Source: Octopus vulgaris
Taxonomy: Eukaryota
NCBI GenBank assembly: GCA_951406725.2
Contig: OX597822.1
Coordinates: 14,322,001-14,386,000 of the forward strand
Length of the DNA stretch: 64,000 nucleotides
Reading direction: 5' to 3'
Shown here: positions 53,162 to 64,000 of the stretch, one piece after another
Position numbering within the stretch: the first letter of the stretch is position 1
How the letters are laid out: each line of letters opens with the position of its first letter
The notes under the pieces: model-generated
What the model saw: the letters and a program-made list of their open reading frames with translations, nothing else
Told to the model about the DNA's origin: nothing
Database searches by the model: none
Program-made: the position numbers and the translations under genes

Positions 53162-53408
53162 CACACACATAATGACCTCCTCTGTTCGAAGGTTATAATG
53201 GACACAGGTTCGTGTGTCACATAGCTAGCTAGAGGTCATGGCCTCTTGGAAGTAATCAACTGCAGCATTCGTCCTATTTTTCTGGACTGCCATGTTAGCT
53301 TGGCGATATCCAGTACCGCTTCCGTAGTCTCCTTTAGAGAGACTTAGAGTGGCTAGTGTTATCCACAAGTGCGCTAAGAGGAATCTGTCACTGTAAGGTT
53401 GGTCGGTG
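52879..53408. repeat. Near-perfect palindrome of about 530 bp (arms about 250 bp around a TA-rich centre)
   Basis: ORF track gives the same peptide on both strands (52835-53062 + and 53225-53425 -); arm end is homologous to 41100-41155. Confidence 0.95.
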
Positions 53409-53509
53409 GCGGTGAATGCATGCATTATCTTTGATACTCTTTACCGTCTGTCAGTGATGCTTTCTCCCAAATACCGTTCAATCCAATTGGAGTGTGTGCT
53501 ACTGAACGG

Positions 53510-54300
53510 GAATGTTTCCCAAGTCAAGTGGTTTATCTGCTGCTAAAACCCTTCGTATGGTGGGTTAGATATGCTCATGTTGCTGATATACAGATATGCG
53601 CCGAGGTTGCGCTAGGTGTTGAAATTCCTTGACGGTGATCGGTTGTGGGTACCGTTCATGAGGCTTGTCTTACTGCAGCACGCCTCATTGACGGAGCTAC
53701 ATTCTTGGGTGGAGAAAAAACAGGCACTGTGCACTTGGTACCTAGAATGCTGTCAGACGCTCACCACTTTATATCAGTTGAGCAACGAGACTGGTGCATC
53801 TTCCAGTCAAGAAATTTATGGTAGTGAACATGACGACCTTCTCGGAGAAGCCCTGGATCTTGACGAAAAAGGTCTTATTAATCTGTTCTGGAGGACTTCT
53901 GAATTGGGAAATACTATGGAAATGAATTGGCAACGCAACCGTGGGGCTCTACTGAGTCGAGAAGAACTCGAAATAGAGGTTCCGTTGCTCAAAGCCGGTC
54001 CGAGAACCAAAGTTGTACTGCATACGATTATTTGATATTCGGACATTGCTAATTTGTGGAGTTATGTCGAACAGTTGAATGGATCCAGCAATCAGTAGAA
54101 TCCGTCGCGATAATTGTCTCACCGACCTCCGTAACGGGTTAGGTAAGATAGTTTTCTTCTGAGGACTATAACGAAAGATGTGTGGAGGGCGAGCCTGAAA
54201 CGCCTCAGGATAGAGATTTTCCTCTTCGGCAGAACTTTTGTCGACTTTTCCAAGTTTTACCTGCAAAGGAAAGTCAATCTAAGTTGTGAAGAATGGCAGA
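53510..54300 (+). mobile_element. Old degenerate Tx1/L1-like 3' fragment
   Basis: DGDRLWVPFMR...SLTELHSWVEK...W.LEC parallels NGEKVWSPFVR...SMTELQSWIKK...WHREC at 34243-34701. Confidence 0.65.
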
Positions 54301-54819
54301 AATAAAACTTGTGCATGCAACCACTTCTAGTATAGACTTATAAATCAGAAAACAATAGCTTGAGAGGGCAATTGTCATTAGCGTTGAGGTCAGTTTAACA
54401 TCTGTAGTGAAGCTCTCAACTAACCTCACTGGAATTCCCTCCTGTATCAGAGCCACGTCACCCTCTTTCATCATTTATATACCATTTATACAATCAGCTC
54501 ATGGCTTGCTGTGTGTTTACACCATTCTGCCTTTAGTGAGAAACATTTCTCCATAACAAAATAGAGGGAATGGCTTTCATACAGATTCAAGTTTGACTCA
54601 GGAATATTTGAACTGGTCACAGGCTTCTATTTATACGCATCACTTCTTAATGCTGTAGCTCTCTATTTTATTTACGGCAAGCAGTCATTGAACGATGACG
54701 GGAATATATAATAAGACTGACCTGTCTCGTGTCAATTCGCGTTAGCGTCTGACTTCCTAGTCTCTGTAGCTGAAGAAGAACAAATTAGAATTTCTTTTTC
54801 ATCGGGACATCATCCAGTC

Positions 54820-55400
54820 AGGTTGATTGCCCGATCCAGCCTGACTGCCTCTCTTCACATCTCCCGATCTTCCATTAGTGTTTTCAGGTCTTCAAATTGG
54901 CATCCAACATCTTCTGCAAGCTCTTATATATATATATCTTCAGTGGTCTTCCAGCTGCTGTGGTACCATGAGCAACACATTAGTCACAAGTTCTTCTTTA
55001 CTTCTCCAGCAGTGACCAGCAAACCTCAAACATCAGGTTTGCTAACTCATAAATACATGCATCTAACAGTCTAGTTTGGCGACGTTGAGAACTGACTCGG
55101 TGTATTTACAGCAATTTGTCTACAATAAGAAATTTTCTTGAAATACTGAAGTGATTGACATTCTTACGGGTTCAAATATCTCTCAAGCATTCTTGAAAAG
55201 GTAACAAGTTTGTATCAAATGTTGATTTTTGTTTATTTTTCTGCCTTTGATTTTCTTTGCAAATCCCCACATTTTGTGTATGCCTTCTTCATACTCACTG
55301 ACAATTGTTAACAAGCGCTGCTAGACAGAAAGAACCTTTCTCGGTAGATGAACTGTCCTCTTATAATGGTTTCTGGTTTAGGAACAAAGTGAACAATTCT
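54820..55400 (-). mobile_element. Degenerate RTE-clade LINE 3' fragment
   Basis: Minus-strand peptides AGHCWRSKEELVTNVLL and HGTTAAGRPLKIYI*ELAEDVGCQFEDLKTLMEDREM*REAV fit the RTE C-terminal pattern GH..R / GRP / DR..WR. Confidence 0.7.
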
Positions 55401-55644
55401 AAGGGGAGAAGTTAGTCAATACCGCCGACCCCGAAAGAATGAACGACAAAGATAACCTCAGTGGGATCTGAACTCATCGAACCTGGATGGATAAATGAGA
55501 AACCTGACATTGACGGAATTTGAACACAGAACATAGGAAGCCGTAAGTGAAAACTGCTGGGCATTCTATGGAACTCTTTAACGACTGTTCTACTCTATTA
55601 TCTTAAATATTGTTTAATAGGTGGCGTGCAAACAATAGAAAACA

Positions 55645-55975
55645 CCGTCACCATCACCATCTCCATCCCAGCCATCCCCACCCCACCTCCACCACCAACA
55701 ACACCCCCGCCATCACTACCAACATTACCACCACCACAACCACAGCTGACGTCATCATCGCTACCATCACCAACGCCATCACCATCACCACAATTAGTGC
55801 CACAACAAACAACGCCACCAGCACCGCCATCATCATCGCCAACACCACCACCATCAGCATTACAAGCAACATCACCATCACCATCACCACCCACCTCCCA
55901 GCCGCCTCCATAACAATAACACTACCGAGATCAGTAGCTACCTGTCACAGTGGCTGTCACCAACACCACCCCAGG
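55645..55975. repeat. Degenerate (CAC/CAT/CAA)n low-complexity tract; similar tracts at 30115-30330 and 35795-36045
   Basis: Direct inspection. Confidence 0.85.
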
Positions 55976-56120
55976 ATCATATATCACTCGTACACTTAAA
56001 TTTACACACCTTCACACTGAAATTTACTGCTGCATCTGCCCGTGTCACAATGTATGTATATATGCATATATGTATGTATGCATATATGTGTGCATATATG
56101 TATGTATATATGTATATATG

Positions 56121-56152
<32 letters not shown>

Positions 56153-56284
56153 CATGCATGCATATATGTGTGAATGTGCATGTTGGTTTGGGTATGCGTG
56201 TTTATGGATATATGCTGATTATATATATATATATATATATATACATATATATTTATATGTATATATGCATATATGCTATATTTA

Positions 56285-56345
<61 letters not shown>

Positions 56346-56424
56346 TTATATGTATATATGCATATATGTACACACACATATATTTATGTATATATACACA
56401 CATATATATATATATATACATATG

Positions 56425-56467
<43 letters not shown>

Positions 56468-56829
56468 AAGCATGATGTATATATGCACATATGAGTATGA
56501 GCTTGTGTATGTGTATGTGTAAATGCAGGTACAGAAACAAAATGCAATGTGCAATGTATGCATGAATAATGATCCCAGTGCAGCGGACACTGCAGCTGCT
56601 GTTGTGCAACTTAACATATTTGCTGCAGCTGGACATCTTTGTCGGGAATGTGCAGCAAGCTCGCACCTATGTATGAACATATAGCGATACCTATATGTGT
56701 GTGTGTATGTGCGTGTGCACGTGTGTGTGTATGTGTGTGTATGTATGCATGTATATGTGTATATTAGCTTGTCCATATGTAATTTGTACATAAATAGAAA
56801 CACGGGGGATATAAGTATATACGCACCTA

Positions 56830-57361
56830 CATACATACATAATACTTACATAGAAACATATATACATACATACATACATATACACATACATACATATACA
56901 CATACATACATATACACATACATACATATATACATACATACATATATACATACATACACAAACACATACATACATACACACAAACATACATACATACATA
57001 CATACACAAACATATATGCATACATACATACATACATAGAAACATACATACATACATACATACATACACACACGGACACATACATACACACATACACACA
57101 CGCACACATACATACATACATACATACAAACACGCACACATACATACATACATGCATGCATACATACATCCATCCATACATACATACATACATACATCCA
57201 TCCATACATACATACATACATACATACACACACGCACACATACATACACGCACACATACATACATACATACATACATACATACATACATACATACATACA
57301 CACACGACATACATACATACATACATACATACATACATACATACATACATACATACATACA

Positions 57362-57391
<30 letters not shown>
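56830..57391. repeat. Long imperfect (CATA)n tract
   Basis: Direct inspection. Confidence 0.95.
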
Positions 57392-57393
<2 letters not shown>

Positions 57394-58274
57394 GGGTATG
57401 TAAGATATCTGAGGACAGATTTATGTTTATAAAAATCAGATATATAATAACAGATAATAACTGACTATGGCAGCTTTCAAATAATCTTTGGTGTTATGGG
57501 GTGTGTTCATTGACCTCTTTCTCAACAACGCTCCACATGTAATAGTCCAATGGATTGAGATCTGGGGAATTAGGAAGGCCAAATGTTAGGGGCTATGTGA
57601 TGATGAAAATTTTCAACCATCCATTGATGTGTTACTAGAGCCGTGTGTGATGGGGCAGAGTCTTATTGAAACACATATGGCTTTCCAGTGCATACACTGT
57701 CTATCCAGAGCTTAACAATTATTTTCAGAACTTTAATGGAGGCGGTAAAGTTATCTCTAAGGCTTTGTGGAAAGAAGTAACGAGGTATCACATGTCCTTC
57801 ATTGCTGACGATCCCTAAAACCATGACAGCTGCAGAAAATTTTATTTGCATAACACTTGGAACTTCAGAAGGGTCTGCACATAAGCATATGGTGATCTTT
57901 TGCAATTGACCTCATGGACTTTCTGGGATTGTAATCAATGGTCTTTTGAACTTGCTGGATAAATTCAAGTGTCTTGATGATTTCAAAGTGTTTAGAGTGC
58001 TTTTTATACTTTGATACTTGTGATACGCTTCCATCTTCCGTCTCTAACGGCTTACAAACTTTGTAGACGAAAGATCTGGCAAGTTTTAAAAATCGATATA
58101 TTTCTAAATCGCTATGCTCAGACTTTATAACCACAATATCAGCATACCTCTTCATTTCTTGAGTAAGCTGAGGGTCTGCCATTATTATTTTCTGAAACAA
58201 AGATTATACAGAGTTAGCGAAAAATGCAGCAATGAACCAAAAACGGTATGTCCTAAAATTCCTTATGCACCCTG
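57392..58274 (-). mobile_element. Internally deleted copy of the DD37D element with both termini
   Basis: Peptides match 16290-17460 (LTQEMKR..IVVIK, VMVLGIVSNEGHV, KPYVFQ); ends tagggtatgtaagatatctgaggaca and tgtcctaaaattccttatgcaccctg are imperfect TIRs. Confidence 0.85.
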
Positions 58275-58281
58275 TGTGTGC

Positions 58282-58331
<50 letters not shown>

Positions 58332-58421
58332 CGCACACATGCACACACATACACAGGCACATATGATCTGATATGTATATATATAAATATATATGCATAT
58401 TTATGTATACATATATATATG

Positions 58422-58497
<76 letters not shown>

Positions 58498-59156
58498 CAT
58501 ACATACATATAGACACACAATCTCTAGATTGAGTAGCTATCTCACAGACTCTAGTCTCTTCTAAGAAAACTAGATTAATTACGGCTTCTACAAAGTTCCA
58601 CTTCTTGCATCAACCTTCTTCGCGCTATTCTTCCCGTTTTCTCTCATGTCTTCTCATAGACCAGCTTCCAGGCTTTCAAATTGTTCTAAAAGTATACACT
58701 GAGTCACCGAAGCCAAGATGAACTCATTACCTCAACGAAGCACTGCGTGGCATTTGAAGAAGCTCTGCAATACCAGCTGTTTCAAAACGGGGATTATTTT
58801 CACCAATCTGCTTGACAGCTCAAAGACACCTGTTAGACGGCCCAAGATCAACCTTAGTAGCATGTTGTTGATTCCTTTCCTTTGTTTAAGGGTAAATTGT
58901 AGGATTATTCTGTTGAGTTTGGCAACGGGAATCCCTAGGTATGTGCAATCTTATGCTGGATAAACCCCTCCCCACTACATACATTGAATTACAAAACGCT
59001 CTCTTTGAAAATCAGACAATTGCTTTGCTTTTGGTGTTTGCGGCATGGCTTGTTGCTAGAAACAATGATGCAATCTGAAATGAAAAATTATAATGCATTA
59101 ACAAGTTTGAAACACCACGTAGTGCCCTCACAGATAAAACGGTACCCTATGATACC

Positions 59157-59378
59157 TGGCAGAAACGTTAGTACGCTGGGCGAAATGCGTAGCCATATTT
59201 CGTCTGCCGTTACGTTCTGAGTTCAAATTCCGCCGAGGTCGACTTTGCCTTTATTCCTTTCGGGGTCGATAAATTAAGTACCAGTTACACACTGGGGTCG
59301 ATGCAATCGACTCAATCCGTTTGTCTGTCCTTGTTTGTCCCCTCTGTGTTTAGCCCGTTGTGGGTAGTAAAGAAATAG
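59157..59378 (+). mobile_element. SINE family B reference copy
   Basis: ctggcagaaacgttag, B box gagttcaaattcc, tail tttgtcccctctgtgtttagcccgttgtgggtagtaaagaaata. Further degenerate copies at 33300-33460, 43700-43850 and 55420-55590 (all minus strand). Confidence 0.85.
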
Positions 59379-60997
59379 GTACCCTAAGGGATGTCTATTT
59401 ACTTTTTTAAGATGTGTGTGTGTAGGTATTTTTTGAGTGTGTGCGCACGCGTATTTGAGTATGTCTATTTGACAAGTATTACTGCTTTCCCATAACGTCT
59501 GGTTTCATGCTGAACCGAGCCGTCTTTAGATAGATAAGTGAAAATTTATCCTTGAACAACAATTCTATTTAACTGTACTTTATCTGAGACAACTTACGCA
59601 TAGTTTATATTTAGTCATGCGTGTTGTAAAATAGAAGGATATTAAATAGCACGCTTCCATATAAACACACCCGTATACGCACGCTTAAATCAACAATAGA
59701 ATAAAGTATAACATTGTTTGATTAGAATTGAATAGGTACACTGTTGTTAATATCTGCATCTGGTAAAATTCATACATTTGATTTTTTAAGCTATCGTCTG
59801 CAATTTTGTGTTTATTTAAAATGAAAATATTTTCATTAAGAGACAGGCAGTACTTACTGGAACCTTTGGCGTACGGTTTACTTTCATTTAATATAAACGA
59901 AATGATGCGAAAGACTCTGCCTAAATTATAATATCCTTCCTTTTCTTCACAGCAGAGAAATTGTCGCTCCCCATGTTTTACATCCATATATAGCTTGAAA
60001 GAACTGCAATGTTCTTTTCTTTTCGAAAACACAAACTATGGCTGCAGAAATGGTTTTTGAAATTTTCCTCTATCATTCCTATGTTTGTACTATAGCAATA
60101 TCATTACTATTGAGCATACTGCAGGGTATTTTATTTTCTTTCAAAGTTATAATCCTTTATTTTTACACGTTTTCCTTTTATTATTTTTGCTAACATGTTT
60201 AAGTAGTTTAGACAAGATTCCTCTTTATTAGTATTGGAACTGTAAAGGACTATGTTTGATTCAAGGTTGTAGGTTATAGGGTTATATGTGTAAATGAGAG
60301 TAATACATTTTTTGTTATGATAGTTTTGGCGTTTAGTGATAAATATGGGTTACACCATAGGACTTTTCGACTTACATTCTTATTAGTCGTATTCAGAAGC
60401 CTAGGAGGGAAACAATTGTAAATGCACATCTATACACTAAACAACTGAAAATGATGCAGGGTTTTTATTTATGTAGAAGACCTTATCATTCAGTATATTA
60501 TATGGTTGGTATCTATTCATCTCCAAATATAATATTACAGTTAAAACCGACACCCATTTTCGTGAATGTTGTGTTTCTGAAAGCTATACCGTCAAAGGCA
60601 CTGCTGATAGAAATAGCCATCGTCTCGATATAAACCTCTATCTAATATTCGGAATTTATAACTTAGCTTGTCCAAAATACCCAGATTTTGCATATCTCAA
60701 CCATATCACAAGAACAAGTTTTTATCAAATAAGGTTCTGCTTAGTGATATAAGACTGCTGCTTACGCGGCACTACGTTGTGACAAATGCTTAGGTAAAGA
60801 CGAATCAAAGCCTGGAGATGGAAGAATAAAACTATGTCAAGTTAGAAAAATCTAAAATGTCATTGGTTGGTAATACTTTAGCATAGACTGACTAGAGGCT
60901 ATAGATATACTGCAGCACAACACTTCTGGCTCTAGCGTGGATATTATTCAATTTCTGGAGGTTCGGGTTTCTTAGAGTTTATATTATTTCTTTAGGT

Positions 60998-61221
60998 TCT
61001 TTTACTTGTTTCAGTCATTTGACCGCGGCCATGCTGGAGCACCATCTTTAGTCGAACAAATCGACCCCAGGATTTATTCTTTGTGAACCCAGTGATTACG
61101 CAACCGGTCTCTTTGGCCGAACCGCCAAACATCGGTTGTCAAGCGATGGTGGGAGGACAAACATAGACACACAAATACATATATACATACATATGTATAA
61201 ATACAAACATACATACATGCA

Positions 61222-61284
<63 letters not shown>

Positions 61285-61440
61285 ACGACGGGCTTCTTTT
61301 AGTTTTCGTCTACCGAACCCACTCACAAGGCTTTGGTCGGCACAAGGCTATACCAGAAGACACTTGCGCAAAGTGTCATGCAGTGGGACTGAACCCAGAA
61401 CCATGTGGTTAAAAAGCAAGCATCTTACCACACACCCACT
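60998..61440 (-). mobile_element. SINE family A copy
   Basis: cttgtttcagtcatttgaccgcggccatgctggagc ... gggactgaacccagaaccatgtgg; internal (TATC)n. Confidence 0.85.
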
Positions 61441-61669
61441 TCATATTTAACGTTTTCACTATTGATTGGCTTAATTAATGAAGGATTTACATGGAAAGGT
61501 GTTTTTCGTTTCGTAGGCTTTTAACTTCGCTCGTAGTCAAATACATGTACACATATATTAACATGTGTGTATGTGTCTGTCTGTCTGTCTATTTTTCTGT
61601 GTAATAGATATATATGTATGCGTATATATATACACACGCACGCATATCTATGTATCAATATATGTAAGC

Positions 61670-61705
<36 letters not shown>

Positions 61706-62228
61706 GTATATGTATATATATATATATACACACACATATACATACATATATATATATATATATATATGTATATATCTCTTATTATAAAAGGCAGATTTTA
61801 TCTGCTTCCCTTTGTCAGTTATAGAAATCTACAATATAGGATTTCTTCAATTACAATTTAGTTGCATTTTTAAGAGTAGAATGCATCGGGTCGTGCCAGG
61901 TCCACTTTTTAAAATTTCAACCCCAATTAAGCAAAATTTAGAGAAAACTCACGTTGTGGTGTATGAGTCAAATGCTTCTCTTAGTGTGGGATACAGCACA
62001 CGCAAACGCACACACACAGTGTGCAACGAATAAAGCGAAAGTAATTCACTTTCTGTAGTGAGTGACTCTTTCACTCTGCCTCCCACTTCCTCTTTACACA
62101 CATAGACACGCAAATATATAAATAAAATAGTAAGCTAACGTGCGTGTGTGTGTGTGTGTGTGCGTGTGTGTGTGTGTGAGGGTGCGTGTGTGTGTGTGTG
62201 CGTGCGTGTGCGTGAGTGTGTGACAGGA

Positions 62229-62895
62229 AAGTTTTTTAGGACGAATATAAGACCTATATCCAAGTAGCAGAAAGATCGCCCAAAAGTGTATATAGATATT
62301 TAAATGTATTTATATATTCATCTATACACAGATGTATGTATAATGTGTGTGTATATATTTCCATAGAGGTAACCTTTCACTCCATACAAAGTTTTTTAGG
62401 ACGAATATAACATCTAAAGTATATACAAGTAGCAGAAAGATCGCCCAAAAGTGTATATAGATATTTAAATGTATTTATATATTCATCTATACACAGATGT
62501 ATGTATAACGTGTGTGTATATATTTCTATAGACGTAACCATTCACTCCGCACAAAGTTTTTAGGACGAAAATAAGATCTAAAGTTATCTCTAAGTAGCAC
62601 AAAGATCGCCCAAAAGTGTATATAGATATATAAATGTATTTATATATTCATCTATGCACACATGTATGTATAACGTGTGTGTATATATTTCCATAGAGGT
62701 AACCATTCACAGTTTTTTAGGACGAAAATAAGATCTAAAGTTATCTCTAAGAAACAGAAAGATCGCCCAAAAGTGTATATAGATATTTAAATGTATTTAT
62801 ATATTCATCTATACACACATGTATGTATAATGTGCGTGTATATATTTCCATAGAGGTAACCATTCAATCCATACAAAGTTTTTTAGGACGAAAAT
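62229..62895. repeat. Minisatellite, about 160-165-bp unit, 4 copies, inside the Helitron
   Basis: agttttt(t)aggacgaa recurs near 62230, 62390, 62555, 62711 and 62877. Confidence 0.92.
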
Positions 62896-63143
62896 ATTTA
62901 TATATAAAAGAAAGGTTGTGTGTCTGTCTACTCCGATTTAGATTCCTAACTACTCCCACATTTTGCGATGCAGTTTAACCAAAACTGGGTATCTTATAGT
63001 CGTCATTCATATCGAGCCCTTCTGGGTATTAGCGCGCGTCTACGATGAGTCTATGATTTTACAAATAATTTACCATCATTTTTTTCCATTTTAATGCATA
63101 TTTTTTTAAATAAAGGGAAGTAACTCTCAAACTTCACACCAAT

Positions 63144-63665
63144 ATGCGTGCTCATATGCGACGTAATATCACATCAGCAGCATTTGCTCACACCCTCCTT
63201 GCACTTGGCGAAGGCAAAATACCAGGGGATGAAAATGGTAATATTGCCATCGATTCCATTTGTACCATTGTTAAGACGCCTTCTGATCTCAGAGATGCAG
63301 TGTTCCCAGATCTACAAGCTAATTATCAGAATATGGATTGGATTGGCAAAAAGGCTATACTGGCCCCGAGGAATAAAACTGTTCACCATATTAATGATGA
63401 AATGCTAAAACTCATTCCTGGGGAAGTCTATGTATATCAGTCTATCGATACAACTCCTGACCCAGAGGACGTCATCAACTATCCAATAGAGGTACTCAAT
63501 TCCTTTGAGCACCCCGGACTACCACCACACTTTTTCAAACTTAAAGTTGGTGCCCCTATAATGCTCATCAGAAATTTGGTTCCCCCAAAACAATGCAATG
63601 GCACACGTTTGATCGTTAAGTCCTTATCTCCCACCGTAAACTTATATCAATATTTGCCTGAATAA
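63144..63665 (+). pseudogene. PIF1-like helicase fragment of Helitron RepHel
   Basis: N-MRA..FAHTLLALGEG, AILAPRN..V..IN, GLPPH..KLKVGAPIMLIRNL..KQCNGTRLIV; lacks the Walker motifs and C-terminal motifs. Confidence 0.9.
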
Positions 63666-63805
63666 TCATCATAATTCAGTGCAATCATTAACAGTACTTT
63701 CAAGCAATTCAGCCCCGAGCAACGCCGGGCAATTCTGCTAGTATATATATATGTATATATATATGTATATATATATATATATATAATTATACTTATATAT
63801 ATGTA

Positions 63806-63874
<69 letters not shown>

Positions 63875-63876
<2 letters not shown>

Positions 63877-64000
63877 AGAGAACGCATGGTCTAGTGGTTA
63901 GGGTGTTGCAAGCCCGATCGTGAGATCGTGATTTCAATTCCTAGGTCGGGTGGTACATTGTATTCTTGAGCAAAACACTTTATTTCACGTTGCTTTGCGA
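63875..64000 (+). mobile_element. 5' head of a tRNA-derived SINE running off the window
   Basis: A box tggtctagtgg, B-box-like gatttcaattcc, then ttgagcaaaacacttta. Confidence 0.65.

Larger units (their letters stand above)
61775..63741 (+). mobile_element. Non-autonomous or composite Helitron
   Basis: 5' a|TCtcttattataaaa; 3' GC-rich hairpin cccgagcaacgccggg then CTAG|t; PIF1 helicase fragment inside. The 5' boundary is less certain than the 3' one. Confidence 0.75.

Noticed and set aside
52835-53425. Identical peptides on opposite strands suggesting a gene pair
   Set aside because: A consequence of the palindrome; no coding evidence.
55598-55999. Pro/Thr-rich (mucin- or extensin-like) and Gly-rich ORFs
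   Set aside because: A degenerate CAN trinucleotide tract that is open in several frames on both strands.
58560-59000. Possible minus-strand LINE remnant (TYLGIP motif near 58930-58946)
   Set aside because: A single short motif with many stops around it; too weak to call by eye.

Overview
AT-rich, microsatellite-saturated eukaryotic DNA. The repeat style and SINE families look like an octopus/coleoid cephalopod genome; that is an inference and was not verified. No intact host protein-coding gene is supportable, and most ORF-track entries are translations of (TA)n, (CA)n, (TAA)n or (CATA)n tracts. The window is a nest of mobile elements: a 5'-truncated R4/Dong-type RLE retrotransposon inside (TAA)n, a nearly complete CR1-group ORF2 with one frameshift, Tx1/L1-like and RTE fragments, three Tc1/mariner families (DD34D, DD37D and an unusual D36/37E Tc1), a Helitron with a PIF1 fragment and an internal minisatellite, and at least four tRNA-derived SINE families. 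Two of those SINE families share 3' tails with LINEs in the same window. The most striking unannotated signal is a dense set of type I hammerhead-ribozyme motifs (about 8 with an intact CUGANGA/GAAA/NUH core plus about 10 variant or degenerate ones) in Penelope-like repeats. These include two young non-coding tandem arrays (454-bp and 480-bp units, one hammerhead per unit) that look like retrozymes able to yield circular RNAs. A pre-miRNA-like hairpin and a few candidate exons are also noted. All folds and alignments were done by eye, and boundaries are approximate unless termini are quoted.
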